A stretch of 34,908 bases of DNA from Verrucomicrobiales bacterium (GTDB taxonomy: Bacteria > Verrucomicrobiota > Verrucomicrobiia > Verrucomicrobiales > V1-33). Below are positions 8,400-17,636 of the stretch, piece after piece. The stretch spans positions 1 to 34,908 of the forward strand of contig JANOAV010000183.1 of the NCBI GenBank assembly GCA_031411295.1, given 5' to 3'. Both the position numbers and the translations under genes were made by a program. Within the stretch, counting starts at the first letter, position 1. Each line of letters begins with the position of its first letter. The notes under the pieces were generated by a model. That model did no database searches. It saw only the letters and a program-made list of their open reading frames with translations, and had not been told where the DNA came from.

Positions 8400-8674
8400 C
8401 CACTAGATCATCAACCCATACCGCCACCGCAGCACCACCACTTTTCTCCCCGATATTGCGGAGGTTTCTCCTTTCGCCTGAGACCATACACGCAGCGCGC
8501 TAGACTGGAGGCGTAGCTCATTTTCCAAATCTAGAGTAATGCCGTGGTCAGGTTGGCGACCCTCTCAGGCCGCCGCTGCTCCCCACCAATGATCCCGTAA
8601 ACCAACTACGCGCAAATGCGATGGTCTAATCTCGCTGCCTCACTCATGATTAGATCTTCCTGCACTCCTCCATC

Positions 8675-11600
8675 ATGAAACCCTTGTTCTTGCTCGCCTG
8701 TCTGCTGTCACTCCTCCTGTTTCCCCGTGCCATGGCTGCTCCCGTGACATCGGACATCTATGCGCCAGAGAACCTGATGGCGTGGTGCATCGTGCCCTTT
8801 GATGCCAAGCATCGGGGTCCGGAGGAGCGGGCGCAGATGTTGGAGACGCTGGGGATTCATCGACTGGCCTATGATTGGCGGGCGGAGCACATTCCTACGT
8901 TTGATGCCGAGGTGGAGGCGATGCAGAAGCATCACATTGCCATCACCGCCTGGTGGTTTCCCACCACGCTGGATGCGGATGCCAAGACCATTTTATCGGT
9001 GATTGAGCGTCATAAAATCACGCCACAGCTCTGGGTGATGGGTGGTGGTGAAATGCTGCAACCGGGCCAGGCCAACGATGCCCGGGTGGCAGCGGAGGCG
9101 GCACGGCTGAAACCGATTGCCGAGGCCGCAGGCAAGCTGGGCTGCCAAGTGGCGCTCTACAATCATGGCGGCTGGTTTGGCGAACCGGAGAATCAGCTCG
9201 ATGTCATTTCCCGCTTGGAAACGGAGGGCGTGAAAAATGTGGGGATCGTTTACAACTTTCACCATGGTCATGAGCATCTGCCGCGCTTTGGGGAACTGGT
9301 TCGGAAAATGAAGCCACATCTGCTGGCGGTAAATCTCAACGGGATGGTGCGCGACGGGGACAAGGCGAATGCGAAAATCCTGCCGTTAGGCACTGGCGAT
9401 CAAGAACTGGAAATGATGCGCGTGCTGCAAGCCAGCGGTTGGCAGGGTGCCGTCGGCATCATTGATCACAAGCCGGAAACGGACAGCGAAGTGACGCTGC
9501 GTGAAAATTTAGGTGGACTGAAATGGCTGCGCGCGGAATTGGCGCAGCCGGGGTCTGGTGGCGTGAAGCCAGCGGCTGCGCCCATCACAGGTGGAAAGTT
9601 TGGGCCAGGGAAAATTGGCAACGCCATGGATGCAGGCGCGGGTGGCTTGGTGTTGCCGGGAAATGCGGCCTATCGCAAACGGCCGCTGATTATTTCCGCG
9701 TGGACGAAACTGCGCACCGCCACAGCATTCAACATTCTGGTGGCTTCTGATGCGAAGAATTCCGCCGAGCACTGGGAGTTGTATTCCTATGTTAAGACGG
9801 GGGAGTTCTGTGTGTTCCAGCCTGGGCGGGGTGGCAATTTTGCCAGCGGGGTCAACATCACGGATGATCAATGGCATCAGGTTTCCGCCGTGTTAGAGGA
9901 ATCCCGCGTGCGTTTGTATGTCGATGGCAAACTGGCGAAGGAACTCCCCGCGCAACCACTGCAAGGCAAACCGCTGCCGGGTGGTTTTGCGATTGGTCAA
10001 CTAGTGGAAGGCGGGATCGGCTGCGATGGATTGATTGACGACGTGCACATTTGGCAGGGCCATGATCCGGCCGCGAGCAATCAAGCGATTGGCGCGTGGC
10101 CCTTGGAAGTGGGTGAAAAAAGCGCCCCAGAGCCTGCCGCCTTCTTTCCTGATGCAGTGCCCCTGCGACCAACGGAACATCCGTTTTATCAGGAACAGGT
10201 GAATCGGGATCGCATGTATGATTTCTATGCCAAGCAAGCGCTGCGCTTCGGTCCCATGCTGCCGCAACCTGAGATTATCACTTCGTTCCCTGGCTTGGAT
10301 AGTGGACGCTACGGGCATTGGGGAAATCAAAATGAGGAAGTCTGGCGCGATACCAGTTGGAATAACATGGATGCCGGCGGCCTGCAGAGCGGCATCATTT
10401 CCCTCGGCGGGAAGAACGTGCCGCGGGGCGTGTGTGTGCAGTTAGGCGAACAGCGCGAGCTGGCGGCGTGTTTCAACACGGACACCCTAACGTGGGAAGG
10501 TGTGTGGAGGGGCGGTCGCTTGCTGCACTTCGATTCCTTCCGTTGGGGGATGCTGGCGGCTTTAGTGCCGGATGGGAAGCTGGAAACGAAGCCGGAGAGC
10601 GAGCCTGCAGCCAAGGGAAGCTTCACCTATCATGGATTCTATCGCCATGGTGGGAAGGTGCTATTTGCATTCGCCAAAGACGGTCAGGAGTGGCTGGAGA
10701 CGGCTTGGAGTGAGCAGGGGGAATTTCAGCGGCAGCGGGAATTGGCGAATGGCAAGTTGGCGGAACTCACCAAGGGCGGGCCGACGCAATGGCCCCAGGT
10801 CTTGGAGAGCAAAGGCAGCTTGGGCACGGGGAAGCCGTATGCAGTGGACACGCTGACATTTCCCAAGACTCCGTGGAATTCGCTCTGGCACGCAGGTGGT
10901 CATGATTTCCTCCCAAATGGTGATGCGGTGTTGTGCACGTTCGAGGGTGAAGTCTGGGTGATTAGTGGCATCGAGCAAACGTTGGAAAACCTACGCTGGC
11001 GACGTTTCGCCAGCGGGCTGAGCCAGCCATTGGGATTGAAGGTGGTGAATGGCAAAATTTATGTGCTCGGCAGGGATCAAATGACGCGACTGCATGACCT
11101 GAACAACGACGGGGAAGCAGATTTCTATGAGGCCTTCTCCCGGGCTTACGATACTCCCGTGGGCGGTCACGATTACCTAACTGGTCTGGAAATCGACGCA
11201 CAGGGCCGCTTCTATTTCGCTTCCGGCAAGCTGGGGATCAATCGCATTGCAGCGGATGGCAAGTCCACGGAGGTGCTAGCCACAGGCTTTCGTAATCCTA
11301 ACGGCTTGGCGGTGGGGCCCAAGGGAGAAGTCATGGCCGGCGTGCAGGAAGGGGACTGGACGGCGGCCTCGTGGCTTACCGAGTTGCAGCCGGGCGGACA
11401 TTATCGGCACGGCGGACCACGTCCGGGACCGTTGGGTGATTTGCCACCCACGTTGTTTTTCCCGCGCGGGGTGGAAAATTCTTGTGGCGGCCAGGTCTTT
11501 GTGGACTCCGCAAATTTCGGCCTGCCGCAGGGGGCGCTGGTGCATCTGTCGTGGGGTTATGGCACGGCGTTTGTGATTCTGCGGGAGACAGTGGACGGCC

Positions 11601-12586
11601 AAGTCCAAGGCGCGGCGGTGCCATTGCCGGTGGAGTTTCGGTCCGGGGCGCATCGAGGCCGATTCCGCCAGCAGGACGGTCAGCTTTATGTCACCGGCAT
11701 GACCGGATGGGGGACTTACACCCCAGATGCAGGATCGTTCCAACGCATGCGCTACACGGGTGGCAGTGGCTTTTCACCGATCGCATTTCATGCGCATGAA
11801 AATGGGGTGCGACTGGAGTTTCCGACTCCACTCGGAACCACCGCCGTCGATGGGAAACAGTATTTCGCGCAGCAATGGAATTACCTCATCGGTCCGGCGT
11901 ATGGCAGTGATGAGTATTCCGTGCGCTGGCCACAACAGCCTGGGCACGATGTGCTGGAGATTCGCAGCGTGCATTTGTTGGACGATGGGAAATCCCTTTT
12001 CCTGGAAATCCCGCAGCTCCAGCCCTGCCATCAACTCCACCTTCACGCTGCGCTACCCCAATTAGTCAGTCAGGATTTCTTCCTCACCCTCCACAAGCTA
12101 GGTCCAGCGTTCACCAGCTTTCCCGGCTACCAAGCCATCGCCAAGACCACCACAGGTCAAAGCGCAGGCCTCGTGCTGGACGTGGAGCCATCACCCTTTG
12201 AGCAAGGCGCGGCGGGTCGGGCAATGAAAATCCAAACCGCTGCGGGCCTGCAATTTGCGCAACGCGAGTTGCGGGCCAAGGCGGGCGAGCGCCTTTCCCT
12301 AACCTTGGAAAATGGCGATCTCATCCCGCACAATTGGGTATTAGGAAAGCCCGGCACGCTGGAGAAAATTTCCGATGATGCCGACCGGAATCTGGCCAAT
12401 CCCAAAGCGCTCTCGCAAAGCTACGTCCCGCAACTCCCAGAAGTTCTGGCCTCGACGCGCCTGACCAATCCCAACACGAACACCACCATCCATTTCACGC
12501 TCCCGGCGGAGAAAGGGGACTATCCCTACCTCTGCACCTTCCCGGGGCACACCAAAATCATGCGCGGGGTGTTGCATGTGGATTAA
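8675..12586 (+). CDS. Secreted multidomain protein: xylose-isomerase-like TIM barrel, LamG/ConA, PVC-type beta-propeller, C-terminal azurin/auracyanin-like cupredoxin
   Basis: Signal peptide; LYNHGGW and YNFHH (TIM barrel); DDQWHQV...LYVDG...GLIDDV (LamG); ASGLSQPLG, DLNNDGEAD and ATGFRNPNG (propeller); PHNW...CTFPGHTKIM (type-1 Cu site). Confidence 0.85.
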   Translation: MKPLFLLACLLSLLLFPRAMAAPVTSDIYAPENLMAWCIVPFDAKHRGPEERAQMLETLGIHRLAYDWRAEHIPTFDAEVEAMQKHHIAITAWWFPTTLDADAKTILSVIERHKITPQLWVMGGGEMLQPGQANDARVAAEAARLKPIAEAAGKLGCQVALYNHGGWFGEPENQLDVISRLETEGVKNVGIVYNFHHGHEHLPRFGELVRKMKPHLLAVNLNGMVRDGDKANAKILPLGTGDQELEMMRVLQASGWQGAVGIIDHKPETDSEVTLRENLGGLKWLRAELAQPGSGGVKPAAAPITGGKFGPGKIGNAMDAGAGGLVLPGNAAYRKRPLIISAWTKLRTATAFNILVASDAKNSAEHWELYSYVKTGEFCVFQPGRGGNFASGVNITDDQWHQVSAVLEESRVRLYVDGKLAKELPAQPLQGKPLPGGFAIGQLVEGGIGCDGLIDDVHIWQGHDPAASNQAIGAWPLEVGEKSAPEPAAFFPDAVPLRPTEHPFYQEQVNRDRMYDFYAKQALRFGPMLPQPEIITSFPGLDSGRYGHWGNQNEEVWRDTSWNNMDAGGLQSGIISLGGKNVPRGVCVQLGEQRELAACFNTDTLTWEGVWRGGRLLHFDSFRWGMLAALVPDGKLETKPESEPAAKGSFTYHGFYRHGGKVLFAFAKDGQEWLETAWSEQGEFQRQRELANGKLAELTKGGPTQWPQVLESKGSLGTGKPYAVDTLTFPKTPWNSLWHAGGHDFLPNGDAVLCTFEGEVWVISGIEQTLENLRWRRFASGLSQPLGLKVVNGKIYVLGRDQMTRLHDLNNDGEADFYEAFSRAYDTPVGGHDYLTGLEIDAQGRFYFASGKLGINRIAADGKSTEVLATGFRNPNGLAVGPKGEVMAGVQEGDWTAASWLTELQPGGHYRHGGPRPGPLGDLPPTLFFPRGVENSCGGQVFVDSANFGLPQGALVHLSWGYGTAFVILRETVDGQVQGAAVPLPVEFRSGAHRGRFRQQDGQLYVTGMTGWGTYTPDAGSFQRMRYTGGSGFSPIAFHAHENGVRLEFPTPLGTTAVDGKQYFAQQWNYLIGPAYGSDEYSVRWPQQPGHDVLEIRSVHLLDDGKSLFLEIPQLQPCHQLHLHAALPQLVSQDFFLTLHKLGPAFTSFPGYQAIAKTTTGQSAGLVLDVEPSPFEQGAAGRAMKIQTAAGLQFAQRELRAKAGERLSLTLENGDLIPHNWVLGKPGTLEKISDDADRNLANPKALSQSYVPQLPEVLASTRLTNPNTNTTIHFTLPAEKGDYPYLCTFPGHTKIMRGVLHVD

Positions 12587-12793
12587 GTTATTGCCATAAA
12601 GGCTCCGCTGGCCCGGATAACACAGGTATGCGAGAATCTGAACCACATGCTCTCCCACTCGATTTCGTCGGACTGCACTTCGGCTGTGGTCTGCACCCGG
12701 TCGAGGGGTGGTGGAACACTCAAATCAACAATTTTTCTACCCGCAGGCGCTCCCGCAGTGGACAAAGCGCGGAATCTGTGACAGGGCACGAGG

Positions 12794-13396
12794 ATGCAAC
12801 AAACTATCGTTACGCTTGATTTGGAAGGTGTGCTCGTGCCGGAAATTTGGATCGCCTTCGCTGAAAAGACCGGCATTCCGGAACTGCGTCTGACGACCCG
12901 GGATATTCCGGACTATGACGTGCTGATGCAAGGTCGGCTGGCTATTTTGGAGCAGCATAATTTAACGCTGCCGGATATCCAGGAAGTGATCGGCACCTTG
13001 GCACCCATGGCTGGGGCGCGGGAGTTCCTGGATGAATTGCGGGGCCTAACGCAGGTGATTATTCTCTCCGATACCTTTGGTGAATTCGCCCAGCCGCTGA
13101 TGCGCCAACTGGGATGGCCCACTATTTTCTGCCACCAGTTGGAGGTAGAGGCCGGTAGAATTGTAAATTACAAGCTGCGGCAGCCGAATCAGAAGCAAGT
13201 CTCCGTGGCAGCACTACAGGGGCTCAACTATAAGGTGATCGCAGCGGGTGATTCGTTCAACGATACCACGATGCTCCAGCAAGCGGACGTGGGGTTCTTT
13301 TTCCACGCCCCGGATGCCATCAAGACGCAGTTCCCGCAGTTCGCAGCTTTTGACCGCTACGAGGATCTAATGGCAGCCATTCGGAGTGCGCTGTAA
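12794..13396 (+). CDS. thrH: Bifunctional phosphoserine phosphatase / homoserine phosphotransferase
   Basis: LDLEGVLVPEIW, TTRDIPDYDVLM, ILSDTF and AAGDSFNDTTML HAD motifs characteristic of ThrH. Confidence 0.93.
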   Translation: MQQTIVTLDLEGVLVPEIWIAFAEKTGIPELRLTTRDIPDYDVLMQGRLAILEQHNLTLPDIQEVIGTLAPMAGAREFLDELRGLTQVIILSDTFGEFAQPLMRQLGWPTIFCHQLEVEAGRIVNYKLRQPNQKQVSVAALQGLNYKVIAAGDSFNDTTMLQQADVGFFFHAPDAIKTQFPQFAAFDRYEDLMAAIRSAL

Positions 13397-13401
13397 AGGG
13401 C

Positions 13402-16368
13402 TCAGGGCCTGGTCAGCCGCCAGAACATGCGTTGCGTCGGGGCTTCAGGCGTAGGGAAGAACGGACTGGGCGTGGTGGGCTCTTTGATCCAATTGGTCAG
13501 GTTCGTGGAGCATTCAAGATAAACGGTGGGATCGATCCAATAGAGGAAGGGAGCCCCATTCTGTTGCCCCAGCCCGTAGGTCGGAATCAGTGGACCGGAA
13601 ACATAACTAGCGGTTAAGGAAAGATCCATTACCATATCTGAAAAGGGAGGGGCAGCGTTGAGTTGGTGGACCTCCACCGCTAGGAGATTGGTGCCCTCCA
13701 CCAAATGCGGTAGAATGCTGGCCGGCACGGCAATGGTGTTGTAAGTGCTTTCCGCTGCCCCGGATTGGCCGCCCGCGCTGGTGGCATAGGTGCCATAGTT
13801 AATGGCCCCGCCAGTGGTGGCCCCGCTATCAATGAGGAACCGACTTACTTCGTAGCCGTTGAGATAGATGACCGCACTGTCGTCCACCATCAGTTGAATA
13901 CTCATGGAGGAGATTTGCGCGGCATTGGTCAGCGTGAACGGTTTGCGGAAGTAGGTGGTGATGACGCTGGTTTCTGGCAGAGTCGTGCCGAATACAACGA
14001 AAGGCGCAGCGGCTCCAATATTGCCGAACCCTAACGGAGCTGTCTTGTTGAGATTCCATTGGGCCGCCTGCTCGGTGTAAGGCTGCCCGGTCCAGCCTGC
14101 GGCGGGGGCGGCACCGATGGCGGAGTAACTCCATCCAGCATTCCCCTTGGCGATGGGGGTTTGGTTGGGCAGGGAGTTGGTCTTGTAATACAGCATTTCA
14201 GGGAAGGTCACTTCGGCGTTGGTGGGGCTGTGCAACCGCAGTAAGACCAGCCCGAAATTATTGCCCACGGGCAGCGTGATCGCTGGCAGCGTGAGGAGCG
14301 TTTCTCCAGAGACGAATGTCAGGGTTCCGCTCATCACCAGCGTTTCCGCAGTGCTGTCAGGTTTCACTTTGCCCACCACTTGATAGTTTACGCTGACAGG
14401 CTTGGAGGAAAATGTGCTCAAGCGCACGGTGGGTTTGCTGGGAAGGTTCACGAGGTTGTCCGTGGTCGTCAGACTGGACCATCCCACGCCGACATTTGAA
14501 TTCGGGACCGGCATGTAAGGAGCCAGCAGGCTGCCGTTGGTAGCGGGATTCCACACTGTGTTGTTGGGGTGGTAGGAATTCGCCTTGGTGAGGTAATTAT
14601 TGTTAATTGTCATCCACTGGCTCCCGTAAGTCCAGGCCGCCGCCGCCACTCCGTGCGAGGTATTCCAAGTAAATCCCCAGACGTCCTGGAAAATGTTATT
14701 AATCACGATGGAGTTCTCCACCGTGAGGGTGCCGCTGTAAGTGAATCCACTCAAATAATTATCCCCGTAACGCGTGCCGACCATGCAACCGATTACAGCA
14801 CTGCCGTTCATGTAACTCAACGGGCCTTCATAGCCGCACTCGAATCCCTGCCCGCACGCGAAATGCACGCTGTTGAGACTGCGGGGCACGCGGCCCGTGC
14901 CGCTGTGACTCATGGCTTCGTGCACCGCTCCTTCGATCCAACTGTTTTGCAGCACGGTGATCCCATCGTTGCTCCCGCCGGTATCAATGCCATCGTCTTT
15001 GGTGAAGCCGATGACGCATTTGTTGAGGGTCCAGGTTTTCGGAACATTTGTCGTGGTATCATGAAAAGGCACCAGATAAAGACCGTCATTGTCGCCATCC
15101 ACGAAGCCCGGACCATCGTCCAGGTAAACATTGGTGGCTCCATTCGGACGATCCACGAACTGGATGAAACCACAGCGGTCCGCGTCGAATTGACCATGGT
15201 ATAACTCTCCCACCGTGGTGGCGTGATGCACTAGTGACCGAGTCAGGGAAAGCGTGCCCGTATCCTGGTGGAAGGCCTGACCGCGGCCATCGATGATGTA
15301 GGTGTCGGTCATCGTGCAATTTGCGTTATTATCAATCAACACCAACGCCTGCTCCTTGCGATGCGGTGAATAACCTGAGGTTCCGGGAAACCAATTGTAG
15401 AGGTTTCCGTAGGACGCGAAAATGGCCCCGGTCGTGGTCAGGCGGCCCCCGCTATTGACCGTGGCGCTTTTCTTAAGCCAGATCCCGCCCCATGGCTTGT
15501 CCAGCGCAGTCGCTACGAAACAGACCGGATGATCCATGTTGGCGCTCACTTGCAGGTGGGCCCCGGCATTGACGTTAATTTCCACACCTTGGGCTAGTCG
15601 CACAATGGTGTCCGGCAGAATCGTGACCGTGCCGGAAATCGTAATGCTCGCAGTCAGATCGATCCGTTGATTCGGCCCCCACGTATCGCTGGCGATCGTG
15701 GTGGGTTTGGTGACCCAGGTAGTCGTAGGCTCAATGACCACCGATGCCGTATCGGTCGCACTGCCCGCCGCGCCAGCGTAGTTGATAGTGCCTGCGGCGG
15801 TGGCGGCAGGCAGCATAACCGATCCCCAGCCCCGCCGCAGTTGCAGCGGACTAGCCGGGAAGTTGGTGGCCTTCACGGGACCTGTTAGCCACACGGGATC
15901 GCCAACGCCATCCCGCAACATTCCCACCACTGGGATCGGCGTGTTCAGGGGAAAAGTCGTCGGTGCCACCAGGACCAGGTTTTTGCCAGTGAAGGCAGAG
16001 GGGGCATCGTTTAGCAAGGGATAGGGGGTAAACGGAGGAAGTCCACTCTCGGTCTGATCCCGCCCCGCAGCCAGAATGATGAATTGAAACAAGTCCGTCG
16101 TCACGGCCCCAGTCGAAGTCAGCGTCTTCACATCCTTCACCTCATGATATTGTGGGGCCGTCACCACGGTGGGCACACCACTAACCAAGGGCACCCCGTT
16201 CAAGGTTGGGGTGTGCGTGTAGCCAGCCTGCGAGGTCCAGGTGACGGTCACGGAGGATCCGGCAACTGCCGCAGTCTTGTTGGTAACGCCACTCACCGTG
16301 ATGGTAGCGCGGGCGCAAGTCAGGGATGCCAGCAGGCAGCAAAGGGCAGTAAAGCGATAAGGGAACAT
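13402..16368 (-). CDS. Large secreted protein with right-handed beta-helix, Calx-beta-like and galactose-binding-like domains
   Basis: Start reassigned to MFPYRFTALCCLLASLTCARA (signal peptide). Motifs: PWGGIW, DNDGLY and DDGID beta-helix; VSVNY...SGTLTFVSGET; TTYFRKPF...DDSAVIYLNG...NLLAVEVHQ. Confidence 0.75.
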   Translation of the reverse strand: MFPYRFTALCCLLASLTCARATITVSGVTNKTAAVAGSSVTVTWTSQAGYTHTPTLNGVPLVSGVPTVVTAPQYHEVKDVKTLTSTGAVTTDLFQFIILAAGRDQTESGLPPFTPYPLLNDAPSAFTGKNLVLVAPTTFPLNTPIPVVGMLRDGVGDPVWLTGPVKATNFPASPLQLRRGWGSVMLPAATAAGTINYAGAAGSATDTASVVIEPTTTWVTKPTTIASDTWGPNQRIDLTASITISGTVTILPDTIVRLAQGVEINVNAGAHLQVSANMDHPVCFVATALDKPWGGIWLKKSATVNSGGRLTTTGAIFASYGNLYNWFPGTSGYSPHRKEQALVLIDNNANCTMTDTYIIDGRGQAFHQDTGTLSLTRSLVHHATTVGELYHGQFDADRCGFIQFVDRPNGATNVYLDDGPGFVDGDNDGLYLVPFHDTTTNVPKTWTLNKCVIGFTKDDGIDTGGSNDGITVLQNSWIEGAVHEAMSHSGTGRVPRSLNSVHFACGQGFECGYEGPLSYMNGSAVIGCMVGTRYGDNYLSGFTYSGTLTVENSIVINNIFQDVWGFTWNTSHGVAAAAWTYGSQWMTINNNYLTKANSYHPNNTVWNPATNGSLLAPYMPVPNSNVGVGWSSLTTTDNLVNLPSKPTVRLSTFSSKPVSVNYQVVGKVKPDSTAETLVMSGTLTFVSGETLLTLPAITLPVGNNFGLVLLRLHSPTNAEVTFPEMLYYKTNSLPNQTPIAKGNAGWSYSAIGAAPAAGWTGQPYTEQAAQWNLNKTAPLGFGNIGAAAPFVVFGTTLPETSVITTYFRKPFTLTNAAQISSMSIQLMVDDSAVIYLNGYEVSRFLIDSGATTGGAINYGTYATSAGGQSGAAESTYNTIAVPASILPHLVEGTNLLAVEVHQLNAAPPFSDMVMDLSLTASYVSGPLIPTYGLGQQNGAPFLYWIDPTVYLECSTNLTNWIKEPTTPSPFFPTPEAPTQRMFWRLTRP

Positions 16369-16533
16369 AAAATGGAGAGGGATTGGGGATTGGGGGATTC
16401 TTTCAGAAAATGAACACCATGGCAACACCCAGTTCCGCCCCATTCAGACATGAACACCAATTCATTTTCTTTATCGGCATCGGGGCGAAAAAATTTCGTG
16501 ACAACCGGTGGGTGTCCTGACTATGGGAGGCAT

Positions 16534-17634
16534 ATGACATCTACATCGCCTTCTGTTGGTCGTTTTCGAGTTCCCGCCCTGTTGCTGCTGTGGTCCATGG
16601 CGTTTCCCTTGATGGCAGGCACCGTTACCACGTTTGCTGGCACTGGGACCAAAGGGGCATCAGGGGACGGCGGTCTAGCGTCGGAGGCGCAATTGAACAA
16701 TCCCTTCGCCATCGCCCGCGGGCCGGATGGGGCGCTCTATATTTGTGATGTGGACAACCATCGCATTCGACGCGTGCTGAAGGATGGGAAAATCGAGACC
16801 TATGCCGGGAGCGACCAAAAAGGTTACGCAGGAGATGGCGGTCCGGCTAATCAGGCCTCGCTGAATCAGCCGTATGAAATGGCGTGGGATCGGGCCGGGA
16901 ATTTGTGCTTCGTAGAACTTGGGAACCACTGCGTGCGCCGCGTGGAGGCCAAGACCGGCCGCATCAGCACCGTGGCCGGAACCGGAAAATCGGGCTTTGC
17001 CGGGGACGGTGGGCCCGCGGCAATGGCGCAATTTAACCAACCCCATAGTCTGGCCTTCGATGCCGCAGGCGATCTTTACATCTGCGATATTCTCAACCAC
17101 CGCATCCGGAAAATCACGCTGTCCACCGGGCACATCACCACTTGGTCTGGCACCGGTGAGAAGACCACGGCGGCTGATGGTTCTCCCATCACTGGCTCGG
17201 CATTGCACGGGCCGCGGGCGCTGGCCTTTGCCCCAGATGGGAAATGCTGGCTGGCTCTGCGGGAGGGCAACGCCGTCCTGCTCCTCGACCCCAAGTCGAA
17301 CACGCTGAAGCGCGCGGCAGGCACGGGAAAGTCAGGTTTTACCGGGAACGGCGGCCCGGCCTTGGCAGCGAAACTGGCTGGTCCGAAATGCGTTAGTCTT
17401 GATGCGGTTGGCAATGTCTACCTCGCAGATACAGAATCTCATTCGATTCGTTATATCGATGCCCAGACCGGCCATGTGGAACTCCTCGTGGGCACTGGGG
17501 CCAAGGGCGACGGACCTGATGGAGATCCGCTGAAGTGCCAACTCGCCCGACCGCACGGGGTGTTCGTGGATGCTGATGGCTCCGTCTTTATTGGCGACAG
17601 CGAGAACCACCGCATCCGGGTTTGGCGGAAGTAA
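16534..17634 (+). CDS. Secreted NHL-repeat beta-propeller protein
   Basis: Repeated TxAGTG..G..GDGGPA..A.LNxP...LYIxD..NHRIR; GGGAGG upstream of ATG 16534; signal peptide ending PLMA. Confidence 0.9.
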   Translation: MTSTSPSVGRFRVPALLLLWSMAFPLMAGTVTTFAGTGTKGASGDGGLASEAQLNNPFAIARGPDGALYICDVDNHRIRRVLKDGKIETYAGSDQKGYAGDGGPANQASLNQPYEMAWDRAGNLCFVELGNHCVRRVEAKTGRISTVAGTGKSGFAGDGGPAAMAQFNQPHSLAFDAAGDLYICDILNHRIRKITLSTGHITTWSGTGEKTTAADGSPITGSALHGPRALAFAPDGKCWLALREGNAVLLLDPKSNTLKRAAGTGKSGFTGNGGPALAAKLAGPKCVSLDAVGNVYLADTESHSIRYIDAQTGHVELLVGTGAKGDGPDGDPLKCQLARPHGVFVDADGSVFIGDSENHRIRVWRK

Positions 17635-17636
17635 AT

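Noticed and set aside
8440..8575. Possible glycine riboswitch or other ncRNA (GCCTGAGA 8476-8483 pairs with TCTCAGGC 8563-8570)
   Set aside because: Only an 8-bp pairing; the GGAGA…CCGAAG core is not in the right order and no glycine gene follows.
12587..12793. Small ORFs or leader peptide upstream of thrH
   Set aside because: No Thr/Ser codon run, attenuator hairpin or coding signal that I can support.
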